A DNA stretch of 64,000 nucleotides from Eledone cirrhosa (taxonomy: Eukaryota), in NCBI GenBank assembly GCA_964016885.1, contig OZ024743.1:157914001-157978000 (forward strand), read 5' to 3'. The translations under genes were made by a program, and so were the position numbers. Each line of letters begins with the position of its first letter. Position 1 is the first letter of the stretch. Positions 52,700 to 64,000 of the stretch are shown here, in pieces. The notes beneath the pieces were generated by a model. The model was not told where the DNA came from. It saw nothing but the letters and a program-made list of their open reading frames with translations, and did not search any database.

Positions 52700-55080
52700 C
52701 GTGTATGACTGATTTTTCCACTGCGTATGACTTTCAGGTGCAAGTGGATTAGTGTTCATGGATCATTGTTTTGTTGAAGCTTTTCTGCATGTGGCAACTT
52801 ATTGGCCCGCTTGCTTGTGCAGCATTTTTACCAAATGCAAAGAAGGCTTCATTAGACTCATCAACATTACTGTCTGGTAAATCTATCTTACTGAGTAAAG
52901 TTGTGAAGGTACTTTCTGTTTCGCCAGTTGGTCTTCTGATCGTCATTCACTATATAAATTGTTTTACAGACACATTTGGTCATTTCTACGAGTAATCATG
53001 GCCATTGGTAGTAATTCACACTGTTTCCTGACTTTTTAGTTGGGAGAGATCTTTGACTGAATTCCCATGATAAATTTAACTTTTGCTATCTCTGATAAGA
53101 TTGTTGAAACTCGAATATACCCGTTTTCAGTTGGAGATAGAGAAGTGTTGGTTATTACCGAACGATAGAAGGTATATGCTCTGGCGATGACGTATTCTCA
53201 ACGCCGAACAAGTCCTGATATTGATCAACCACTTCACTGGCGGTGACATCAAATTCTATATGCTCTCTCCCTCTCTATATATATATCCCCCTCTCCCTCG
53301 CTTTCAGGCATGCCATTTGATATAAGGAACTGGAAGTTCTTTTCTAAAATTGCCAGGTGTTAGAGAATTATTTGAACAACTACCTTTGAAATTGTGTCCC
53401 ATCACCTGTCACTGAAATATATGCTGTGAACATTGAGATTTACAATGAGTTATTTTATGCCTAGCAGTTTAATATAATCAATAAATCCACAAGAATTTTA
53501 AACTGACAGTTTTTATTCTGAAATAATCTTCTCCGTCAGTTAACCATGGCAACTTCAACATTGAAACTGATTAAAAGTGTCTTCTTGCTGCATTTGTCAA
53601 CCGGTTCAATTGTCAGTTGACATTTCATCGCAATAAAATAATTCTCTTGCTATTTTTGGATAGTAAACAACGAAAATATGACTTGTGTACATAATTAAAC
53701 ATTTGTTGCCTCATTTTCTGTGGAACAAATTTGTAGACTTTCAATAATACGTTCTGTGGGTATGTACTTCATCTTCGCGGTCCAAGAAACGCCCAATGGT
53801 ACTGGATAGCATTTTTCAGCCTTGTTCTAGAACGTTTGGTAATTAAGCCAGTTGACTATCATTATCAGCTACAACTAAAATTCAACAATATTTACATCAT
53901 GTCTCAGTTCGACAATATTTATGTCGTTCATCTGAGTGATTTGACTATCTGTATCACAAGTGAGAGATTTTCAATTCTTTTTTGCATAATTTAGAGTACA
54001 ATCATAATTTAACCATCTATATATAATTTTCTGCAGTCTCAGAGAAACATTGTAAAGTTTACTAGTAATGGCATATTATATAGAAAGTTGTGTAAGCGTT
54101 CAGCACCACTAATTACCGCTTTTAACTCTTTCTCCATTTGACCTTTATCGGAGCCATTGATAAGGAAACGTATTCAATTGGATGGATGTTTTGCTTGTTG
54201 TAGACCAGATCCAATTGTGGGTGTGCCCACATTTACTAATACTTATACAGGCTTTGTTCAGTCAATGTATCTCAGGGCCCTAACAGTAAGTCAGATACTG
54301 TCAAATACCTTATGTTCAACTGTAGTCAATTAGTGTATTTGAACACACTGTAAGCCTTCTCGTTTTTTTTCTTATCTCTGACAAACAAGAAATAAACTGT
54401 TTTCGCAATTCCGTCAAATACCCATTAATATTTCTAAAATGTTGATTGATAGCTAGACATCTCTCTCTAGTATTAAGGAGATTTATTAGGTGCGCAGAAA
54501 TTACCAAAGTTTCCTATGGTATCCGTATATACATTTATACTATTGTCTTCCTTTATATAGTTAATATAAATGTTTACCGCATTTGCCAATACTGTATAGT
54601 AGCAATGCAATATTGTTTCCAACAGCTGACTTATCCTTCTCAATACCCCTCAGACACTGTGTAAATTCCTCCTTGAACAAGTGCCAATTGCCAGGTAGTT
54701 TATCGTCAGATATAAGTTTAGAAGCTAGAAACTGATATTCAGCTATTTAGTAATTTTCGTTGGACAGCAAAGTCTGTTATTGACTCACTTATCAGCCATA
54801 TTACTAACAAATGGGAATAGCAAAGTACCACCAAAATATGTAATATGCATCAATAAAGTTAATTCAATTCAACCGATACTTCTGATACTGATATATATAT
54901 AACAAAATGAGATATGTAACAAAAGTATGGGGTAATTTTCACCATTATGTTCCCCCATTTGATACAAGAAAAACACCTCAGAGGATCAGAGGATCGTGTT
55001 GTATGAAATATGTATATGTAGTATAATAAAGTGAGTGTAAGCTTTTCAATCAAATTTTCCTCAAGATTAGGAAACAAAAA
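52700..55080 (-). pseudogene. Highly decayed Ty3/Gypsy pol (RT-RNase H-integrase)
   Basis: Manual translation gives RNase H-like IGSGLQQAKHP.IEYVS..QMEKELKAVISGAERLHNFLY (about 54070-54220), integrase-like FVPQKMRQQMFNYVHKS..AREY, and DGTQFQ..F..FSNTWQF..RTSS. Order is RNase H then integrase. Confidence 0.55.
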
Positions 55081-55315
55081 TACCTTTTAGGGAAAGTTCA
55101 AAACAAAAAGCAACTAACAAAGGAAAGAACACCTACAATATGAGCTGATCCACTCGCGATATAACGCATGTGAAACCCTTATAAATATATATATATATCA
55201 TCATCATCATCATCATCATCATTATCATCATCGTTTAACGTCCGTGTTCCACGCTTGCATGGGTTTGGACGGGGGTTTTCCCACTTGAGGCAAGAGTGAT
55301 TATCTTGCTCGCATA

Positions 55316-55545
55316 GGACTGTCTGGCGGGTTTTCTACAGCTGGATGCCCTTCCTAACACCAACCACATTTACAGTGTGGGGCTGGGAGGTTTTTACCGT
55401 GTTGCCTACACGGCCACATTACAGTGTGGACTGTCTGGCGTGTTTTCTACAGCTGGATGCCCTTCCTAACACCAACCACATTTACAGTGTGGGGCTGGGA
55501 GGTTTTTACCGTGTTGCCTACACGGCCACATTACAGTGTGGACTG
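55316..55545. repeat. 112-bp tandem duplication in the RTE 3' UTR
   Basis: GGACTGT at 55316, 55428 and 55540; only one unit in the copy at 60.2-60.4 kb. Confidence 0.88.
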
Positions 55546-55710
55546 TGTTTTTTGACGTGACACCTACACGATCTCATTTGTTTCGGCCTGGATGTTGAGG
55601 CACCAACATAACTTTACATTGAAAGGGGCGGTGTGGATGGGGTGGGTTGGTGGGACGGGATTGTATTTTGTTAGAGATGCCTACTGACTGTAGTAGGTTT
55701 TACTTTGTAT

Positions 55711-58043
55711 TTAGGTAAGGCGGGTCTTCTCTATTACTGAGTACCGCCAAAGGTCTCGGTCCAGTGACATTGTCTTGGTGAGGTGTAAGTGTGTGAGGTC
55801 GGAATTTATCAGCTCGCCCCAGGTTTTTCTGGGTCTGCCTATTCCGTGGCTACCGTCTATCTTTATTGCCCTGCACTTTGTTATACAGCTATCGTCCTTC
55901 ATGCGCATCACGTGACCATACCAACGTAGCCTTCTCTCGAGTAAACAACATCTGATCCCTCTTATTTCTAATTTTTCCCTTAGTTCGTTTATGCTTTGCC
56001 GTTCACGTATATTACTATTACACATCCAGCGGAGCATGCAAGCTTCGTTTCTCTCTAGTCTGCGTATATCCTCTGCACACACTGCCCAGGTCTCACTGCC
56101 ATGCAACATTGCTGTTCGTATGCAGGCATCGTACAACCTGCCTTTCATTTTTAGGGAGAACCCTTTAGCGGCTAATAGTGGTATAAGCTCTCTGAACTTT
56201 TTCCATCCAGTTCTGACTCTAGCTACTGTACTTTCAGAGCACCCTCCCCCACTGCTGATTTTGTCACCCAGGTAACGGAAGCTGTCCACTGTTTCTATAG
56301 AACCCTCTGCGCAGTTGAAAGAGCTAGTATTTTGTGGGCACTTGCTGCTACTTATTGCACCAGAGCACCGGCCACATGTAAAATCTATGTTCTTAGTTAG
56401 CTTACCTGTGATCCCACTACATCTTTTATGCACCCATACTTTGCATTTGGGACACAAAATGGAGTTTCTGCCTACGCCTCTCCTACACACTGAGCATGGC
56501 CACTTCCCGGAAGGGACCGCCGCCTTATTTTCTTTCTTACAAACTAGAACTTTAGTCTTAGCCAGGTTAATTTTAAGGTCTTTTGATTCTAGGCCGTGCT
56601 TCCATGTTTGGAATTTCTTCTCTAGCTCGGCCATTGATTCAGCTATGAGTGTTAGGTCATCTGCGTATAGGAGTTCCCATGGGCAACGGGTCTTGAACTC
56701 CTCTGTTACAGCCTGAAGGGCAATACTAAATAGTAGGGGGCTGAGAACAGAGCCCTGATGGACGCCAATTTTTACGCTAAACTCTTCACTATATTCGTTG
56801 TTAATTCTAACCTTGCTGACTGTTTCTTTATACATGGCTTGTATAGCTCTCACAAGCCATTCGTCAACACCTAGTTTTCTAAGAGCCCACCAGATAATGG
56901 AACGGGGGACTCTGTCGAAGGCTTTCTCCAAGTCGACAAAAGCTAAGTATAGGGGTTTACTTTTAGCTAGGTACTTCTCCTGTAGTTGTCGTACAATGAA
57001 AAGAGCGTCTGTGGTACTTTTGCCTGACACAAACCCGAACTGCATTTCATCTAGATCAATTCTCTCTCTGATTAGTTGCGCTATTACTTTTTCCGTGACC
57101 TTCATGACCTGGTCGATTAATTTAATGCCTCTATAGTTACTCCTATCTAGGGCATCTCCTTTACCCTTATAACAGTTAACGATGATGCTGCTACGCCAGT
57201 CCTTCGGAACAACCCCATTCTGTACGACTTGGTTGACTATCCGGGTGACCATGGTGTGTCCCACCGTACCAGATGCCTTCAGCATCTCGGCAACTATTTC
57301 CGAAGGCCCAGCCGCCTTACCCGTCTTCATATCTTTGATTGCCTTACTTATTATACTACCCTCGACTAACACTGCTGGTCCCTCTATTGGGTCGATGTGG
57401 GGGAGACTATCTTTCTCCCATTTATTCTCCTCATTTAGTAGCCTTTCATAGTCACACTTCCAAGCTACCTTCTTATCAGCATCGGTGATGGCAAGTACGC
57501 CGTCATCATTAAGTACACACTTCTCCCCGACAATATCACGGTTTTCCTTGACATATTGCCTAGCAATCCTGAACACCTCACGTTTTTGGTCCTCGCGTTG
57601 TAGAACATGCTTGAACTTTCTTTCCTCTGCTTCCCTTCTCGCGAAGTACACTTGTCTCCTAGCTTCCCTCCTGGCCACTTGATAGTCTTCTCTGCTTCCC
57701 CCATCGCGCCATACTTTCCAAGCCTGCTTTTTGACCTTAATTGACCCCTCCACCTTACTGTTCCAGCACCATGTTACTCTCCTCCTGCCTACAGGCCTGC
57801 TCCAGCCACAGACTTCGTCTGCCGCCATCAGCAGGTTTGCTTTCAGGAATTCCCACTGCTCCTCTATATTGTACGACTCTAATTGCTCTTCATTACTGTC
57901 GAAAACATCAAGTAGTATACTTTTGAATTTATTTCTGGCTGTGGGGTCCTTTAGCTTCCATATTTTTCTCCTGAGGATAGTCCTCTTCTGTTGTCTAGTA
58001 CATCTCGTCCTGACTATTAGGTCGCTAATTATCAGTCTATGTT

Positions 58044-58045
<2 letters not shown>
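55711..58045 (-). CDS. RTE reverse transcriptase ORF (uninterrupted, 5'-truncated) with an internal PHD-type zinc finger
   Basis: Motifs NYRGIKL, QFGF, FVDLEKAFDRV, GVHQGSVLSP, LLYADDL, FRYLG, RLRWYGHV.R and GRPRKTW. C4HC3 finger at 56365-56502. Confidence 0.9.
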
Positions 58046-58126
<81 letters not shown>

Positions 58127-58138
58127 ATGGATGTATAT

Positions 58139-58510
58139 ATATATTAGATATTAGTTTAACAATAATAATAATAACGAAGGAAAGTTATTTTACATATTCA
58201 TTTCATTGTTTTACGATCGTTTCGGAGGGTTGATCATATAGATATATTGACTGATCTATAGTAGTTAGAGAACTGTATACTATCAGACATAATATATAGG
58301 TTCGATCATACCATCTTCTTCGGAAACAAGAAGAGTCTTTCCGAAGAAGACGGTATGAATGAACCTATATATTACGTCTGACAGTTCTCTAACTGCTATA
58401 GTCAATATATCAATATCATCAACCCTCTGAAACAATTGCAAAACAATTAAATGAATATGTAAAATAACTTGCCTTCGTTATTATCATTGTTAAACTAATA
58501 TCGAATATAT
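58139..58510. mobile_element. 370-bp imperfect palindrome: head-to-head pair of hammerhead-bearing, Penelope-pLTR-like units
   Basis: Arms 58139-58326 and 58338-58510 with an 11-nt spacer. Confidence 0.8.
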
Positions 58511-58657
58511 CAGACTCTGTATCTGAAGGATTGACTCGGGGAAACACGGAATCTGTCTCTGGATCTCACTGAATTACTTGCTAACAGATTACATTGAGTT
58601 CTAACTACGGTATAGACACTACCACAAAAGGTAGACCACATTGAGTATATATAATAT

Positions 58658-58766
58658 AATTGTTTCTACTTTAGGCACAAGGCCAGCAATTACCCAGTGC
58701 ATTACTGGTACTTTATGTTATCGACCCCGTAAGGATGAAAGGCAAAGTCAACCTCGGCGGGATTTG
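58658..58766 (-). mobile_element. SINE family A, 5'-truncated
   Basis: Reverse-complement match to the family. Confidence 0.88.
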
Positions 58767-59482
58767 TAATATATATATATACGCCCTCTAAGTTCAAACC
58801 CAGTACTGGGGGGGGGGGGTCGATTCTTCTTCTCTATCTCTTTTTCACACATCCTCCCTCTCTCTCTCACGCTCTCTAAAAATTATTTCAATTGTTTATT
58901 TCCTTTATCAATGGGAGGTCAGCGGATTAACCCGGGTTGGCATGATGGACGTCAGTGGTGGGATGTGGACGCATGCTTCCACTTAAATACTGGTGATATC
59001 ATGGCTATTGGCGATCACTAAATTCCAGTAGAATTCCAGTTAAATAGAACCCTGTAGTTGTCATATAAAAGGCGAAATATCTTACCAACTTTGAAGAGTG
59101 AAGGAATATGACTAGGAAGCTTGTCATAAAAACTATTATCAAGCTGTAAACTAAATACAGAGAGTTAGTGATGAGTATTATATAAACCTCCTCCAATTCC
59201 ACGCCTGTGAACAAGTTTGAATCCATATGGGACTCTCATAAAACCAACATCAAATTTGTCCGTCCTCTTGTCGATAGCCTGTATTACATTAAAAATGTTA
59301 ACATAACATTTTATTACTTAGGGTATTGTCTAAGGAAGTCATGTTGGTGGTTGACAGCATTACATAATTATTAACGCCACAGAAATATGTATTACGGCAG
59401 ATTATGAATAAAATGAATTATGAATATCTACAACTGGCCTTTGTAATTATTAGTGTACGTTTATACCATCATGGACTGCTAA

Positions 59483-59580
59483 ACCGGGTGATGTGTTGTG
59501 TCCTTTATTTCACGCTGATCCAGTTCACTCAGTTGTAGAAATTAGTTGTGATGCCACTGGTGCCAAATTGGATCGGCTTA
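59483..59580 (+). mobile_element. SINE family C fragment
   Basis: GGGTGATGTGTTGTGTCC...CTCAGTTGTAGAAAT; similar to 27608-27690. Confidence 0.6.
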
Positions 59581-59797
59581 TATATATATACACCTACATG
59601 ATTGTATGTACTAACAGGAGAAAAACTAAATGTATATAGTAGGGTATACTTATTTATTTGCAGTGAATAATTTTCTCAGTAACTACTTCTAAGTTTCTCA
59701 TATCTATGCTTTCATCCAGGTGACAAAAAGAGCATGGAACTTCTCAGTAGCAACGGAGAGAATAATCAGTTTCGGATGAATCATACATATATATATA

Positions 59798-59960
59798 TCA
59801 TCATCATCTTCGTTTAACGTCCATCTTCCACGCTAGCATGGGTTAGACTGTCACTGTCCAGTCGGCTGACCTTGTCCTGTCCATAGCTTGATTTCTACAG
59901 CTAGATGCCCTTCCTAACACCAACCTCATTTACAGTGAGCGCTGGGTGCTTTTTTTTTTG
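59798..59960 (-). mobile_element. Short element with an RTE-type 3' tail
   Basis: CGTTTAACGTCC...GCATGGGTT...CTACAGCT.GATGCCCTTCCTAACACCAACC is shared with the RTE 3' UTR; may be the tail of a family-C SINE. Confidence 0.6.
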
Positions 59961-60016
59961 CCGTGGCATCACCACGACCACTTTTCAGTGGAATGATAAG
60001 AACCCCACTCCTATCA

Positions 60017-60153
60017 TCTCATTTCTACAGCTGAGTAAACTGGAGCAATGTGAAATAAAGTGTCTTGCTCAAGGAAACAACACATCTGAGAATTGAACTC
60101 ACAACCTTTCGATTGCAAGGCCAATACTCTAACCACTAAGCCATGCGCCTTCA
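60017..60153 (-). mobile_element. SINE family C (head + CORE-like part)
   Basis: Reverse complement of 27538-27680. Confidence 0.78.
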
Positions 60154-60160
60154 TATATAT

Positions 60161-61376
60161 CATCATCATCATCATCATCATCATCAACGTTTAACGTCCG
60201 TGTTCCACGCTTGCATGGGTTTGGACGGGGGTAGTCCCACTTGAGGCAAGAGTGATTGTCTTCCTCGCATAGGACTGTCTGGTAGGTTTTCTACAGTTGG
60301 ATGCCCTTCCTAACACCAACCACATTTACAGTGTGGGTCTGGGAGGTTTTTACCGTGTTGCCTACACGGCCACATTACAGCGTGGACTGTGTGTTTTTTT
60401 GTCGTGACACCTACACGATCTCATTTGTTTCGGCCTGGATGGCGCGGCACCAACATAACTTTACATAGAACGGGGTGGTGTGGATGGGGTGGGGGTGGTG
60501 GCGGGACAGGGGTGTATTTTGTTAGAGATGCCTACTGGCAAGGCGGGTTTTCTCTGTTACTGAGTACCGCCAAAGGTCTCGGTCCAGTGACATTGTCTTG
60601 GAGAGGTGTAAGTGTGTGATGTCGGAGTTTATCAGCTCATCCCAGGTTTTTCTAGGTCTACCTATTCCATGACTACCGTCTATCTTTATTGCCCTGCACT
60701 TTGTTATACAGCTATCGACTTTCATGCGCATCACGTGTCCATACCAACGTAGCCTTCTCTCGAGTAAACATCTGATCCCTCTTATCTCTAATTTTTTTCT
60801 TAGTTCGTTTATGCTTTGCCGTTCACGTATATTACTGTTACACATCCAGCGGAGCATGCAAGCTTCGTTCCTCTCTAGTCTGCGTATATCCTCTGCACAC
60901 AATGCCCAGGTCTCACTGCCATGCAGCATTGCTGTTCGTATGCAGGCATCGTACAACCTGCCTTTCATTTTTAGGGAGAACCCTTTAGCAGCTAATAGTG
61001 GTATAAGCTCTCTGAACTTTTTCCAACCAGTTCTGACTCTAGCTACAGTACTTTCAGAGCACCCTCCCCCACTGCTGATTTTATCGCCCAGGTAACGGAA
61101 GCTGTCCACTATTTCTATAGAACCCTCTGCGCAATTGAAAGAGCTAGTATTTTGTGGGCACTTGCTGCTACTTATTGCACCAGAACACCGGCCACATGTA
61201 AAATCTATGTTCTTAGTTAGCTTACCTGTGATCCCACTACATCTTTTATGCACCCATACTTTGCATTTAGGACATAAAATGGAGTTTCTACCTACGCCTT
61301 TCCTACACACCGAGCACGACCATTTCCCAGAAGGGACCGCCGCCTTGTTTTCTTTCCTACAAACTAGAACTTTGGT

Positions 61377-61378
<2 letters not shown>
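60161..61378 (-). mobile_element. RTE LINE, second 5'-truncated copy, in (TA)n
   Basis: Near-identical to 55199-56560 and includes the PHD finger; (GAT)n tail. Confidence 0.92.
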
Positions 61379-61452
<74 letters not shown>

Positions 61453-62334
61453 TACATACTTGTGCATGTGAATAAAATAGATGTATATAAAGTTTGCGTG
61501 TACACGCACACGTACAGACAATATATACATACACATTTTAATGGGAAATGGTGATAAACGTTAAATGATACACAGGTCTTATCAGGACATATCTGTGTGG
61601 GTTCTAGTACTAGTTCAGTAGTTCTTGCTATGATACTGAATGGGAAGGAAGGTGGGAAGAGAAATAAAAACAAAACGAAATACAATGAAAAAAATGTAGT
61701 TTTTAATAGCAAGTTTTCTTGTTCATTTATTTTATTTTTCTATTTTATTTTATTTTTCCTCAGGTTTTATTTTATTACTCTCATTATTTCCTGTCGTTTG
61801 CTGTAACATTGCTTTTATTGCCCGTTAGAGAAAATATTAACAGAATCAGTTTAAGTGGTTGCAGATACAACGTCATCGTCATCATCATCATCATCATCAT
61901 CATCGTATTATGATCATCAACATTATGCACAGTAACAAGGCTCAGAGTTGCAGAGTTGTCTTTAAATTATTCAGTGTGAGGCTTATCACTGGCATCATTG
62001 AAAACAAAACTTAGAGGTTTAATATGGCAGAGCTGAGTTTACACAACAGTACAGTATATACATAAATATCCATTCACGTACACATGAGGAAATATGTGTG
62101 TGCATAGTGAGAAATATCAACACTCACAAACTATAACCAGCATCATAATAAAGCAAATGATATGTGTACATATATAAATGATTAACATGTGTATAAGCAC
62201 ATGATAAACCAGTACATTATATATATATATATATATATATTTACACACACACAGTGAAAACCAAATCAAATAAAAAGGAATTTTTTATATATATAATTTA
62301 ATATTTTACCTTAAAGCATTATATGTATATCTAC

Positions 62335-62374
<40 letters not shown>

Positions 62375-62404
62375 GCAATTCTAAACATACATACATACAT
62401 ACAT

Positions 62405-62453
<49 letters not shown>

Positions 62454-64000
62454 GTGATGCATTTAGTTTCAAACATGCATAACTGCTCAAGTATCAGTAT
62501 GTATTGGAACTTTTAAAGAAATTATAAACTGAAAGATAATAATAATAATCAAATTATCTTGAAAATAAAGCAAGAACTTCACAACTTTCCTCCTATTCAA
62601 GAAATGTATGGTTGTGTTTATATAGATCATTAAATAACAATATTTCTGTAGGCCAGCTTCCTCTGATTTATAGACAAAGAAAAAAGAAATATTGGAACAG
62701 AAAGAAATTCTGGACTTGATTCAGTCAGAACTTGCTGTCTAACAAAATATTATTATTTCTTTTTAATCCTTTAAGTCATGAGGTGAATTTCTGTAAGAAA
62801 GTAGGTGCATAGTAACTAAATCAACACCGGGATTGTTATTTATTTCGGATTTGTTTTATTCATATTTATATTATTGATCCTGCAGAGATGAAAAATCAAA
62901 GTGAATACTAACAGGATACGAACTTAAAATGTAATAAGATTTTTTTTTTTTTCCCAGCATTTTACAGTTATTTCACTGCCCTAATTTAACATTCTAATTT
63001 TCAATAAATAGTTAATCACTGCAAATTGAGCAATGGTGGGATCTTGGACAATCTGTGAAATAATTTGTAAGTAAGCACTTGACCAACATCACCAATAAAG
63101 AAAATATATTGGCATTATTTTGTACCACTTATTTATTCAGATCTGAAAACTGTGCTCTGTTTATTTTGTTTTGTTTTGTTTTTTGTTTTGTTTTTCCAAT
63201 ATCAGCATAGAGAGGAAGAGAGAAATAAATTCTTTGAACCAAAGAGAGGAAGGGTGAGAGAGACTTGACTACACAGCCAAGACCATGACTCTTTAGTTCT
63301 TCAATTAGAATTGAAAGTCATACATTTCCTCTACTCATCATCATCATTATCATTATTCTAGTTTGAAATGCTAATTTGGAAAACAGACCAAAATAAATGG
63401 CAAAAATATATATATTTATTTTACCATATTCCATTTGGTAAAAATATATATACATTTAAATAAGCAAGTCTCAGTCTAGTAAGAATAAAACCTGCCAAAT
63501 ATAATAACCAACAATAACATGAACAGTAGCAGCAATAGTAAACAGCAAATCTGTCAGAAAAGTCACTCGCCTGTGAATGAGTTTGTTTGATTTGATTTGA
63601 TTTGATTTTTTTTTTTTTGTGTGTTTGTGTTTTGTTTGTTTTCTTCTCTCTCTCTAGTCAATTGGTATCACAATTTAAAATTTGTCCGGAAATAGAAGTT
63701 TTTCAGAACTCTCCTGAGCTGATTGTAAAACAGAAAAAAATGCGCAATTTGAAATATGTTTTCCAATCAGTAGACTGTGGCATCGAGGTTTGCTTGTTTT
63801 TCATTTGCTTTATTTGTTTAACTCCTGTAAATAGTTGGAGCTTGGGGACAACAATTTCACGCTTTTCTCACTCAAGAATCCGGTTTACTGGTAATAGTTT
63901 TTGCATTCTGTTTTTCTCTGTAAACAGACACATTATATATATATATGATCTACACGTCATTTTCAATAGATCATCAGCCCCCACAAAAATACATTTTTAG

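Larger units (their letters stand above)
55199..58047 (-). mobile_element. RTE-clade LINE, 5'-truncated, (GAT)n tail, inserted in (TA)n
   Basis: RT ORF plus a 3' UTR ending GGACGTTAAAC(GAT)n on the minus strand. Confidence 0.92.

Noticed and set aside
59005-59300. Further Gypsy RT remnant (RYFAFYMTTTGFY resembles YFSKLD...GF)
   Set aside because: The similarity is too weak to support by eye.
60522-61712. 396-aa ORF as a chimeric host gene with a signal peptide
   Set aside because: The N-terminal part is chance read-through across (TA)n/(TG)n into a truncated RTE ORF.
63602-64000. Terminal 132-aa ORF or exon
   Set aside because: Low-complexity start, no recognisable domain and no supportable splice structure.

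Overview
AT-rich, microsatellite-dense eukaryotic DNA, almost certainly metazoan. The SINE families resemble those I recall from octopus/cephalopod genomes (inference). No host protein-coding gene can be supported; the window is a retrotransposon graveyard with one 200-N gap (20723-20922). It contains: four copies or fragments of a Tx1/L1-type LINE, one of them full length; at least seven pieces of R4/Dong-clade (RT + restriction-like endonuclease) LINEs from several subfamilies, one a single nonsense codon from intact; two RTE LINEs with a PHD finger inside the RT region; a CRE-like fragment; a decayed Gypsy pol; about 13 copies of one tRNA-derived SINE plus two other SINE families; a non-autonomous Helitron; several foldback elements; and Penelope-type hammerhead motifs. 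The most striking pattern is a strand-polarised sharing of (AAT)n microsatellites: R4/Dong reads (AAT)n on its sense strand, while Tx1 and the SINE read (ATT)n. The SINE 3' end also mimics the Tx1 3' end. All alignments and folds were done by eye.
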